In this document: positions 1-12,014 of the stretch, one piece after another | Numbering within the stretch: position 1 is the first letter of the stretch | How the letters are laid out: each line of letters opens with the position of its first letter | Origin: Eledone cirrhosa | Taxonomy: Eukaryota | Length of the DNA: 64,000 nt | Assembly (NCBI GenBank): GCA_964016885.1 | Contig: OZ024744.1 | Location: 41,726,001-41,790,000 of the forward strand | Direction: 5' to 3' | Notes under the pieces: model-generated | Told to the model about the DNA's origin: nothing | The model's database searches: none | Seen by the model: the letters and a program-made list of their open reading frames with translations, nothing else | Made by a program: the position numbers and the translations under genes

Positions 1-3000
1 TATTCTTTTCTAATGCAACTTCTGCATGAGTTGGAGGTTGTCATGTATGGACCTGGTCAGGATTGTGCAAATGTGTGCACCGCCTACCAAACCCTCAATG
101 ACAAGCACCAACCTCTTGACTAACACCTTGGCCAAAATTTTAAACTCTGTGTTTAACAGCATTATGGGCCTAAAATTGATTACAGTATCCCTCTTGTTCA
201 CTGCTTTCCTTGTCAGCATCACTACACACCAGCTCACAGAACTGGGAATACAATCATTCTGCTGCCAGTTGCAGTAGACTGCATCAAGGAGATCAGAGAA
301 CAAGCCTGGTTATTCTAAGTAAAACTCATAGGGCTGACTATCTAAACAAGGAGACTTGTGCCTCATGCAGCATCCAGAATCTAAGCTGATGTTATTGGCC
401 TTTCACAGCACTCAGCATTAGCTGGGGAAAGTGGCAGGAAGCTGTCAAGGTAGGAACTGAAGTCCACTACCATCTCTGTCCCCCACCCTTGCGAACAATC
501 AAGCAAAATGCTGGTGAAAGGCCTTACATATCTGCTTGGCATCATTCAACTTTCATTCCCTCGTTTCTTAAAGCACGCACCTTAGCACTGACAATGCAAC
601 CTTCATGTTTTGCATTGAAGAATTGGTCTAATGCCATTCTTGCCACTAGTATATCAGTTGCAATGTCACTTCTAATCGCCTCATCTAGTTTAATTACCAG
701 CTCCCCCCTTTTCTATTCTTTTCTAATGCAACTTCTTTACTAAAACCTATTGACATTACTCTAATCTCTCTTTTGAGAGCACCCCACCACCTATTGTTGA
801 TGACTTCCCACCACCCTGTCAACTTACACTTAACTAAAGTGGTGACCTAGTCCCTGTAAGCTTTATGTGCCAGGAATAACATGTTCAGCTTCCATAAACA
901 GGTCCTTACCTGCGTATCTTATCTAGGTCGAACATACAGATTGCAAACTTGTGATCTGAATAGGTGACCGTTTGAAAGTGTGGACAACCTATACTATCCT
1001 TATCTATTGTCCTAATAAAAAAAAACCGATCTATATACGATCTAGATGACCATATGTGGTTGGTCCAGATCCACACTGGTGCATTAGAGAAATCTAGTTG
1101 GTACCTGTCAGTTATAACTAGTTGATCAGATACTTGAAGCTTTTTCACACCCTGTTCCTATCAGCTATTCCTACACAATCCCAGCACGTGTCTAATATGC
1201 CTTTTCAGTCCCCCACTAACAGTAAAGGGTGAGACATTCCTTCCCAGAAAGGCTTCTAGATGCCTAAAGAAATCTGGTCATCAGTCCCAGTCAGGGCATA
1301 GACCACCAGTCTAAAGGCAACATCTTCACTATTGTTCACATCCAGGACCACCAACTTACCATCAGGGTCCAGGAAGAAAGCCCAGGCCTTTCCTAAAAAG
1401 CACTGCCACCCCATCCTTATTAGCATGAAGTTTGTGATTATGTTTGCTTGTGTTTGGATGATTGTAGTAGTGTTGGTGTTGTTGTGGATGTGTCTGTGTT
1501 TCTTGTTAGTGTAGTGTCTGCAATTTCAGTTGATTGTGTGTGTGGGATATTTGCAGTTTTTTTTCCATTGTGTTTGCATTTTTATTTTTTGCCTTCTTTG
1601 GTAGTCCATCGTCTTTGCTACTAGAAGATGAGGAGTCTGTGTTACTTTCTGATGTTGTGTGTCTTTGTGATTATCTGTGTGTTTATGTGTGTATTTGTTT
1701 TGCTAGGGGGAGGGGGAGAGCTTTCCTCGATTTCCTCTTTGGATGGCTCAGTCTTGCTTGCTGTTGTTGTTGGTTTAGCTGCTGCTGTTGCTTCTATTAT
1801 GATGCTGCCAGTGCTGGTGTCATTTGTTGTGGTCTTTTACAACCCAGCACTGGTGTGTCTTTCTGACCTCCTCTGTTTTTTACCTGCAGGCAGAAGGCTC
1901 GCAAATCTGTTGCTTCATCGCAGATGAAGCAGAGTGGTTTCTGCCCACAGTGACCACTTGTATTGTGGACATGTCTTGCAGGCAGACTTTATCTGGAATG
2001 TTCTTCAGCTGCTCTGGCTTGATTTGCAGAAGAATTGCCAAATCCACTCTGGAACAGTACTCTCTTGCTGTTTTGAAAACGTCTATGAGGGTACTGTCAG
2101 TACCCTTCTCAAACATGCATCCCAGGATCCACCATAAGTCCAGTCCTGACAGAATCCTGGGAATATAGACCTTCACTGTTCTTTTTCCTATATGCAACAG
2201 ATACATTACCATGCAGTCTGTTTTACAGGGGGCCACAGAGTGCTTTATAGCAAGGGCTTTGGTTTTGCATAATACCGAGATGGTGCTGAAAAGTCTGCTC
2301 CTTGCTATATACTCAATATCTCCTCTGATGTATTTCAGTGCAGCCTCCACTTCAGACTGTAGGGCCATTCTGCTTTATGGGGTGCATGGAAATGCATCAA
2401 AATACCAAGTTCTTCTTTGAGTTGCTGACATCATCTCGGTCAGGACAGTTAGGTTGGCCCATGTTTTTCTCTTTTTATCAATTTCCACACCTGGACTAAA
2501 GGTTCTGTCTTATCAATGAAGTCCATATAGATAAATTCTCTCTTTTTTGCTGCTGCTGGTGGTGGTGGTGGTCTTATTCTTATTGATGTTCAGGTTGTTA
2601 TCATTTGTGTTGTCACTATAGTATGTGTTCATTTTAATTTTGTTTTCCGTTTCCATTGTTTCAGTGGGGGTGGTGGCAGTGTTTCTAGTAGTGTTGGCCA
2701 TGTCTACCATCGTTGTGGTAGGGTCGATGGCATTCACCATGGTAAATATTGGCAGAGCCGTAAAGTCCGCTTTCTTTTCATGAGATAAAATTTGGTTACT
2801 GCTGCTGCTATTCTTGCTGCTGCTGTTCTTACTGCTGCTGTTGTTATTGTTTTAAGAATTTTTGCTCTTCCACTTCATGGACAGCTCCATGTTCCATTTA
2901 GTGAACACAAGATCTTTGTCTGCCATCTTAATTTTCACAGAACATTGAAGGGCACACTTGAAAAACAAACACAGATTTAGCCCATAAGGGCTTCAAGTAG

Positions 3001-3040
3001 AGCTAAATAAACCAGCTCGCTAAGATACTGGCTCGCTTAA
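1..3040 (-). mobile_element. Decayed Tx1-clade non-LTR retrotransposon (5' part: ORF1, endonuclease, start of RT); runs off the window start
   Basis: Fragments 1880-2368 (EVEAALKYIRGDIEYIAR) match ORF1 of the copy at 50919. Fragments 906-1148 (SSRSYIDR...YSDHKF) and 10-303 (NFRPIMLLNTEFKILAKVL) match ORF2 at 46440. Many stops and frameshifts. Confidence 0.9.
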
Positions 3041-3291
3041 CTTCAAAACAATAACAAAATTTCAATGAAAAAGTTTGAATAAGTGGGAAAATAGAATATC
3101 TTGAAAGACTGGCAAGGTCATTTATTATTGTTTGTGCCCTTGTGGCATCATTTGTATGACAACTCATTGTAAAATATGTGTATTATCAAATTTTGCCTGA
3201 GGTTCCAGGTTGACACTCGGCAGGATTTGGAAAGAAGCAGAACTCAAAGGAAGTTTCAAATAACAACAACAACAACAACAACAACAATAAC

Positions 3292-3478
3292 AATAATAAT
3301 TGTTTCTACTTTTGGAACAAGGCCAGCAATTACCTAGTGTATTACTGGTACTTTATTTTATCGACCCCGTAAGGATGAAAGGCAAAGTTAACCTCGGCGG
3401 GATTTGAACTCAGAATGGAAAGGGTCGTAACTCTTTGCTGCAAAGCATGGCGTCCAACCCTCTACCAATACTGCCAAT
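3292..3478 (-). mobile_element. tRNA-derived SINE, family A
   Basis: Reverse complement of the 38541-38734 copy. A-box-like TGGCAGTATTGG, B-box GAGTTCAAATC, core CTTTCATCCTTACGGGGTCGATAAAAT and (ATT)n tail. Confidence 0.85.
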
Positions 3479-3486
3479 AATAATGC

Positions 3487-3539
<53 letters not shown>

Positions 3540-4335
3540 ATATAATTGTTGTTGTCATTGCACGTGTTGTAGTTGTTGTTGTTGTTGCTGATAGATATTT
3601 GTGATTGTAGGCCTAAAGCTAATCAAGTTACAATTAGTGTATCTGGATTGCTGGGGGAGGGGTGTGGGGAATGAATGATGTCCAGTAAGAGAATTACTCA
3701 GAAGTCTGGATAATATGTTTATTGAAGTCTAAACCTGACAGTAAATCTTCCCACAGAAGCCAGCTCATGTGCAGGCATGTGTGCACACATACACATGCAT
3801 CGATGCACATACATACACAATGTACACACATGCCTATGCACATTCACATGCACATACACATACATACACAATATACACACATGCATATGCACATGCATGG
3901 ATACACATATACACACAATATACACACATGCATATGTACATGCAAATGCACATGCATGGATGAATACATATACTGATACACCACATATTCATATATGCCT
4001 GTGCACACATTCACATGTGCATGCATGTGCGCATATGCACATACATGCATATATATACATTGCATACATGCATATATATATATGCACACACATGCATACA
4101 TGCATCCACACATGTGCACAAACATGTGCACATACAAACAGACACACAAGCATGCTTGCACCTATAGATGTTGAAAAAAATATTCTCATTCTCTTGCCTT
4201 CCCTTCTCTCTTTCCCTCCCTTCTATCTCTTTTACTCTTTTTCTCCCCTCTCTCTCTCTTTTCACATTCTCGATCGTTCTCTCTCTCTCTCTCTTTCACT
4301 CCCCCTCTTCTCTATCTCCTTTTCTCTCTCTATCA
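3487..4335. repeat. Microsatellite / low-complexity tract: (GTA)n, degenerate (CA/TA/CATG)n, (CT)n
   Basis: Directly visible. It generates the spurious His/Thr/Cys/Met-rich ORFs. Confidence 0.9.
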
Positions 4336-4439
4336 GATGAATAGTCATTCTCCAAACATCATTGTCTTCTCCTCATGGCATACAAATTCATCCAAACTCA
4401 TAATCTTTCTTGTATATATATATATACATATATACATAT

Positions 4440-4685
4440 ATCATCATCATCATTTGTCGACTACTGTCGAGACGATGGATCTCACTCTCATGCCCCAGAA
4501 TTCCCTGTTCCCCATCGCTGCCTCCAGGTTCTGTCTACTGATTCCCATATCCCTAGAGATAACGTCGAGGAATGACAGCCTCCTACTCCTAGTCAGGCTG
4601 GAGTCAGGGTTCCAGAGCAAGAGAGCGGATATGATTTCATTGCTGGCACGGTGACAGTGGCCAGCAAATTGAACTTTCGGGGATT
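4440..4685 (-). mobile_element. 3' end of an RTE-group LINE with (GAT)n tail
   Basis: Minus-strand translation RKVQFAGHCHRASNEIISALLLW...AAMGNREFW is typical of the RTE-group C-terminus. Flanked by (TA)n. Confidence 0.7.
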
Positions 4686-5229
4686 TTAGATTATATACAT
4701 ATATATATGTGTCTGTATATATATATATATGTGTGTGTGTGTGTAAACATATAAATAAATATGTATTTGTTGATGTAGTCTCTTACCAGTTTCCTTCAAC
4801 TGTCTTTTTACATATTTTAAGATGTCCGATAGTGGTGAGCTGTTGGATATGGGTTTCAATCGACTCATTTGAAAGAGTACTGGCAGCAGTTAGAGGTTAA
4901 TCTTGCAATGGACTGGTATCCTGTCTAGTGGTGGTGGTGGTGATGGTGGTGGTAAGTACTCTTAGTTGTTTAATGCCAACAAAATTAGCTGAGATTAGCT
5001 CCTACATGAAATAGCCTCTTGGCTTGCAAAAGATTTTAACTTTAGAAGTTATACTATTAATTATATATGCTATCGATTGTGATGAACTGGTATGTTGTCC
5101 AGTAGAGCTGGCCTGTATTCTTAGTCACTTAACACCAATGAAATTAGGATAAGATCTAGTCTGGTGAGCTTCAGGGCTTTGGACAGACTTTAACCTTTAA
5201 ACTTAACAGTTTGTAAATGCAGACTCGTA

Positions 5230-7300
5230 GGCATAATTACATCTTCAAGAAGATGTCTCATATTCACCTTAGGTGAATATAACCTTGGCTAGAAGAACTT
5301 CATGTCATCAGTTTCCAATGTTCATGGGTGTTTCAACCATCAAATATATGACACTTTTGCTGGTGTGTCAGGAGTAGAGGCCAAATTACTGCTCATCTTC
5401 GCCTCTTGGCTTCCAGTTTATTTCCTTTCTCCTGCTCGAAACCCAGCAAGGAACCCTTTCTGCTGCCTTCCCCATCGGGCTAACTGCAGCCGTCTTCTTT
5501 CTTTCTGTCATTCCAATGGCAGTAAGCATTCTCTCTACTGAGTGAGCCGAAAATCACCTGCAGCCCACCTCAACTGGAAATAGCCAGGTTGCCAATTTTT
5601 TTCCCTATACATTTGTACAAATTCTTGGTACTAGGCACTCTTTCACTCAAAGGCATTGCCTCGCTCTTCTTTGCATGGGACCGTAAATTCAATCAGTATT
5701 ATCTTTTTCGCCCTTTCAGACCAGAGTATTTTATCTGGCCTCAGGAATGTTTGAACAACCCATGGAGCATGCAACCTAACTCCCAGATCAACCCTCATAT
5801 CCCACAATTAAGCCATTTGTAGTAAGGTACATGTTTGTTCTAATTGTGGTAGAGGGTTTCTCACTCCCTTTCACAAATCTAACTGATGGTGTTGTCTTCC
5901 TCTGTGTTTTATGTTCTCTGTGTCTCTCTTGATCCAGAGTATTAGCAAATGCCCTGAGCACCTTCTCATGGTGTCATCTATATCTCCTTTGGACTAATGT
6001 TGTTTTACATCCTTACAGAATGTCTGCCATAGAGCCCCTTTTTCCACAAAGCCTATGTGATTCATCCTACCTCATGGTTCACCTGTGCATATTTGTTGGG
6101 GTCAGTAGCATGTTAATCACTGATCACAACAAAGAGATTCAAGAAGGTTACAATTTCTATAAATCTTCACTACTAATCATCCTCTTAGTCCAGGCTCCCT
6201 GGGATACTAGTCCCACAGCTCTTAATTTCTGTTCCTCCTCCTCCTGGTGCTGCACTCCTGGATCATGGCTCTCATTTCCGTTATTGTTTGCTTTCCCTTA
6301 TAGTTGGAAATGGGAAGTTTCAATACCTTCTTATACATGTTATTCCAATGCATACTTTCTGTTTGTGCGACAGAAGTGTCTACTGCCCACATGCATCCTG
6401 ATCTTGTAGTGACACCTGTATCTCTGACACGTGCCTCCTCTGAGGTTTTGAACATCATCATCATTCTTCACTTTGCCACCTTGAATTTCTCCACAACTGA
6501 TGAGAGGGGAAGCTGGAGCTGTCATGGTCTTACATAGAGGCCAACTTTAGTAAAGCTTGGAGGAGTTCCCAGCCACTGTCTGAGGTATTTGTTGATCTTC
6601 CTCTCCACTCTCTCAACCCTTGACATAGCAAACTCATACACGTTTAACAGCCACATGAGTCTCTCAACAGACTGTGCAGGTAGAGCCATGCTTTATACTT
6701 CTCTAAGAGCTCTGATTTCTCAATTCTCTTCAACCATTCCTCTGTCTGCCTTTCTGAATTAGTCATGTACCTGTTGAAAAGTGTATCCTCAAACCACTTT
6801 CCAGGGCATTTGGTTGGGTTTCCCTGGATTGGTAGACTATCCCCCCCCCTACACTTGCAATCTGTGCTTCTATATCATTCTACCTTTCCCGATCACTATG
6901 AAACTGGATTTCCTTGCTTTGAACTTCATCCTTGCCCATGTTGCAACATGGTCAGGCAACTGGAAACCTCTAAAGTAATCATTTCTTTGTGGTGGTGTGG
7001 GATTAGATAGTGATCTAGTGATGTTTGGATTAGATAGTGATCTAGGGATTGATCCATATGTCTTGGCTAAATCAAGCCAGACCTGTATAAGGTCACCTTT
7101 ACTTTTCTTGGCCTCACAAATCACTTGAATGAGAACTCTTATGTGTTCCAAAACACCCAGAAAAGCCTTGAATCCCACCCTTCTAGATAAAGCTGTTGCT
7201 ATACCTATTCTCAATCATGCATCCACACTTGTCTTCCACACTTAGGAGTGAGGTTATTCTAAATTGGCTGATGACAATAGTGTTTTTCCTAGGAAAAAAC
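5230..7300 (-). mobile_element. Decayed RLE-type (Hero-like) non-LTR retrotransposon
   Basis: VWLDLAKTYGSIP (RT motif), WARMKFKARKS, VRDTGVTTRSGCMWAV and the C-terminal KAAERVPCWV remnant. Heavily disrupted. Confidence 0.75.
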
Positions 7301-8358
7301 AAATTTCAAGGAAATTAAAATAAATCACAAAACCTTACTGTTTGAAGAAGTGCTAGAATCTGCAGCTAAACATCTTATCAAACATATATGTCATAATTTT
7401 CATGTAGACAAACAAACAAAATTATGGTAACAAGATTCTATGCAAATTTAAAACTTTCATGTTTCTTCCTTTTGGCTGTATCCCTTTTCATCAACATCCT
7501 GGAGATTCCAGGACAATTCTATATCAAATAGGATAAATTAGTAAGCTAAGATGAGACACTGGGACAAATACCTATGTATGTAGGACTATATCAAATTTAC
7601 CCTTCAAACACTGTAGCTAAAACTGTATTATCCTATGTGCTCCTCTTAAAAAAAATAGGTGGGGTAGGGTGTTATTTGAAAATGATTTGGCTTCTATTTC
7701 TACAGATTCAGTGAATTTAATTTTACATCAAAGAGTGCTTAGTACAACAAAGTGTGCTCTGAAGGAATTATGACTGTTATTTCTAGCATGTGCTACCACC
7801 CCATATAAGCCCTTTTATTGGTACAAATTTTGTGATGCTGCTATGACATCAATATTAAATGATCTGTGATCATTCAGTAGGACTCAACAATCCTAGGCTG
7901 AGTAGATAAGCTGACTCAATAAAGCCACCTTCATGGCCATTAAAAAGACTTCCTGTCTCCACAGCTTTTAAAGATGGAAATAAATAGCACCAAGAGCAAA
8001 CAGATGAACGTGTGAGACACAATGTAACACACATACTATCCTCTTTGAATTCTTGAAAGGATCCAATATCAAATGATGTCTCTTGCTTGCATCTGGAAAT
8101 CACGTGCATCTCCTGGGAAAAGTTGACTAAGTCTTCAACAAAATGTCATATTTCTAGAAGCAATGATACATGCATCAAATTTGTAAATGTCAAAGTGTTT
8201 GCACAGCAATCCTTTGATAAGATCAAATCTTCGACATTATCACATTCTCAAAATAACATTCACATTGACATTGGCGACAACATAAAATAAACCATATCCG
8301 GTGCAGTTATTTTGCATGTATATGTGTGGGTGTATGTGTATATGTATATATGTATGTA

Positions 8359-8415
<57 letters not shown>

Positions 8416-8437
8416 GTGTGTGTATATATATATATAT

Positions 8438-9075
8438 AAAAATTAGAATTGGCGCTCTGAAATAGCAATATATATATGAATGTATATATAGTGTATTTTG
8501 CAATACACTGAATGCTTAATTAAAAGCATTTTGAAGACCATACGCTATTCTTTTAAAATAGTGACAATGTCACTTATTTAAATTTTCAGCAAACAGGGGA
8601 GATAAACTGACAGAGCTCCGTTTCATACTTTTTGGTACTTATCAAAATTCACTACCCCTCCTGTTTGCTGAAAATTATGTGTGTTGGATTCTTATAGAAT
8701 TCCAGTAATAATCAGGAACCGACTGCTCGGTATAATCAGTAAATACACTATATATACATTCATATATATATCGCTATTTCAGAGCACCAATTCTAATTTT
8801 CAATTTCTGCTGGACCGGCGACCGCTCTGTATAATCAGTTCCTGATTATTACTGGAATTCTATAAGAATCCAACACACATAATTTTCAGCAAAAAGGAGG
8901 AGTAGTGAACTTTGATAAGCACCAACAAGTACGAAACAGAGCTTTGTCAGTTTATCTCCCTTATTTGCTGAAAATTTAAATAATTGACATTGTCACTATT
9001 TTAAAACAATAGCGCATGGTCTTCAAAATGCTTTTAATTAAGCATACAGTGTATTGCAAAATACACTATATATAC
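8438..9075. repeat. Non-coding element with interleaved inverted repeats A-B-A'-B'
   Basis: 8438-8498 is the reverse complement of 8741-8800. ~8490-8719 is the reverse complement of ~8838-9070. Embedded in (TA)n. Confidence 0.9.
8881..8976 (+). ncRNA. Type I hammerhead-like motif with variant core (second copy on - strand at 8581-8676)
   Basis: GTGAACT / TTGATAA / GCAC-loop-GTAC / GAAA / CAGAGCTTTG / TC / AGTTTAT, with stem I extended by AATTTTCAGCAAA...TTTGCTGAAAATT. The core differs from CUGANGA at two positions. Confidence 0.6.
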
Positions 9076-10165
9076 AATTATATACATACATATATGTATG
9101 TGTGTATATATATACACATATATATGTATGTATATGATGATGATGAGAATGATGATGATATGCAAGTACATATATATACATCATCATCATTGTTATTTTA
9201 ACATCCACTTTCCCTGCTAGCAAAGGTTGGATTGGTCCATACAGACCAAATCAGTACTGAAGCAGAGCCACTGATCTCACAAGCAGGCCAGGGACCTGTG
9301 CACTTATGTATGGTCTCACATTCCATCGAGTGCTCAGGAAAGTTTGTCATGACACAACTGAGGCTCCTCCCAACCATTTGTTTGGCAAGATTTCTATGTC
9401 TGGATGTCCTTCCTATCATCAACCACTTTACAGCATGTACTGGATGTGTTTATCATGTAAATATTCAACACTAGGGAGGTTGTCATGACATTGACATGGC
9501 TGAAGGGTCCTCCTGACCTTTAAACATATTCATACACACACACAAGCATACACACAGATGCAAGTGAACCTCACAAAGCACATCTTACTTCATCTAAATA
9601 AGGCATTTATTTATTGATGAGGCTATGAACAATGTCTATGTGAAATATATAATTGGAAAGAATGACTCTCAAATATGCCCATACATTTCTGCATTTGCTT
9701 CAAGGTAAATTTTTAGGACATATAGTTGTTTCAGAAAATACAAACTTCTATTGTTAGTGTAAATAAAATAGACAAGTTCCTGTAAAGCCATTTTATAAAT
9801 AGAAGTCAACCTCATGGAATTGAACATAAAGTGACCGGAGCATACAAAGAGAACTGAAGCAAATAATAATGTCCTATTTTCCAGAGGTAATGTAAATACT
9901 CCCAAACTGGTCTACTAGAAATGTTGATTTATAAATGTTTAAAGACCAGGAAGTGATTCATGTGATACCTATATACACATGTGCCTCACAAGGTACATTT
10001 TAATTTGTCTCATTATGAAATTTATCAGATAATGAATAAAGGAATTGTGAATATCTATATTTGACCTTCGTAATTATCAATATTGTATACAAACACACAC
10101 ATACATACACACACACACACACATATATATATGTGTGTGTATATATATATATATAAATAAAAAAT

Positions 10166-11940
10166 GAAGGCCATGTTCAGTTGATTCAGGTTTATTTAAA
10201 ACACTGTTATACATATTTCACTGAGGACTATCAATTAAGATAGCCTGAACTCTTCAGATTTCAAAACCTAAAATAAATGCTCCTAATAAGTTGAGCACTT
10301 TGCTGAAGCAATCCACAGGTGAGGGCTTCATATGCTCGGCCCAAATCACATGGCTCGTAGCAACAGATTGGACTTAAAATCCACTTCATTTTGAATACCA
10401 GAGTTGACCAGAGGATCCAACTCATTCCTATAGACTAGCAGAACACTCAGGATAACAACTTCCCCTGACCACGGACAACACTTTATGGAATTTAACCAGC
10501 GGCTATTCAGGAAATAAGAACACCTATGAGGAGACACTCTCCCCTCTCAACTGATGTTCACAAGATGGCAGACCAGCCGGAATCTCTCTACGAACAATTT
10601 GAACTCTATCTCAGCCCCTATCTTAACGTTATTCTCCATATCTTGCTCTATCTATCTTCCCAGCACTCATTTTATAATTGGACACCTTTGTACCTGTTTT
10701 GGATAACCTTGTACAAATCGCGTATATTTCCTTGCCTCTATTATTGTATTATATGTATTTACAATTTTATTTGTCTACACCATATCTGTTTATCTCGTAT
10801 ATTGTTGCATATGTTTTTCTCTCTCTTCCACTGTACGACTATGCACCAACCCTAATTAACTCAATCTTTAACTTTATCTCTTATTCATCCTCACGTATCT
10901 CACTCTGCTATTTTTTAAAGCTACCTTAAGTCAGCCTACACCTAATTTATTGCATTTTAAATTTATCTCTAATCCTTTTTCATGTGTCTTATTTTGATAA
11001 TGACTTTAAGTTACCTTAGGTTGGCCTACACTACTTAATTGGTAAAGGAACAACCTAATAGCTCTGTACCGGTCAGGCATGGGCTGGAGACCTTGATTAG
11101 TTTCACAGATATTTGACGCAGGCTGCGGGGACCAATCCTACTGCCTAACTTCTTCCCTGACATTCTCTTTATATATCGTAAGATTTCACTTTGACATTCC
11201 GCTCATCGAGTGCTTGAGTCTCTGGAAGGTGAGGAATAGGACATCTGGATGTAATATGTAGAGCTTGATTAAATGAGGAACTAGTTAAACTATAACTATA
11301 CAGCACCTACGCTATATACTCTGGTTTATAGCCTAGGCCTACAGACAGCTATTTCTTTACTTTTTAATTTTCTTCATTATAAAATTTTTCTCATTATAAT
11401 CATCTCTTTCCCACATGTCTATTCCCTTAATATAACCTTTCCTTTTGATTTTAATAAATTAATTAAATAGTTTATTTATTTTATTTTAATCTATTTCTTA
11501 TATAGTTATTTTTGGTTATAATATTCACAGTTGTTGCAGACCTGTGGACAATATGGGGATGGGAGGTGTCACTACTGTTATAGCAGCCGCTGTGACTACT
11601 ACTACAACAGCTAATGATAGAGAGGGGAGGGAAAAGGGCTACCAGCCATTTTCGTTACTTCCTGTACTGACCAACACTTTCACCAATTTCTTGGGGTCGT
11701 ACAGAGGCCAGCCATCAAAGAAATAACACCACGTGTTCGGCCAGCCCCCTGCATCATGAAAAGAAAATATTTTTTGGGGGAAATTATTAGATTCTTCCAA
11801 ATTTATAGATTTCTTAGGAACTTTCAATGTTTATTTTAGGTTTTGCTGTCTGAAGAGCTCAGGCTGTCTTAACTGATAGTTCTCAGTGAAATATATATAA
11901 CAGAATTTTAAATAAACCTGAATCAACTGAATATGGCCTC
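10166..11940 (+). mobile_element. Putative decayed Penelope-like element with inverted ~115-bp termini carrying hammerhead motifs
   Basis: 10166-10278 is the reverse complement of ~11828-11940. The right copy reads CTGT-CTGAAGA-stem II-GAAA-TATATATA-ACAG. The internal coding sequence is not recognisable with confidence. Confidence 0.6.
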
Positions 11941-12014
11941 CGATATTTGCTCGGGTCTTGTACTATTTATACAGGTCATTGAGCAGTTCTTTTTACATAT
12001 ATATATATATATGT

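Noticed and set aside
3719-4340. Cluster of overlapping His/Cys/Met-rich ORFs
   Set aside because: These are translations of degenerate CA/TA microsatellite that lacks stop codons.
7293-7426. Open 44-codon plus-strand exon candidate
   Set aside because: The acceptor lies within the Hero remnant, the donor is weak and the peptide is unrecognisable.
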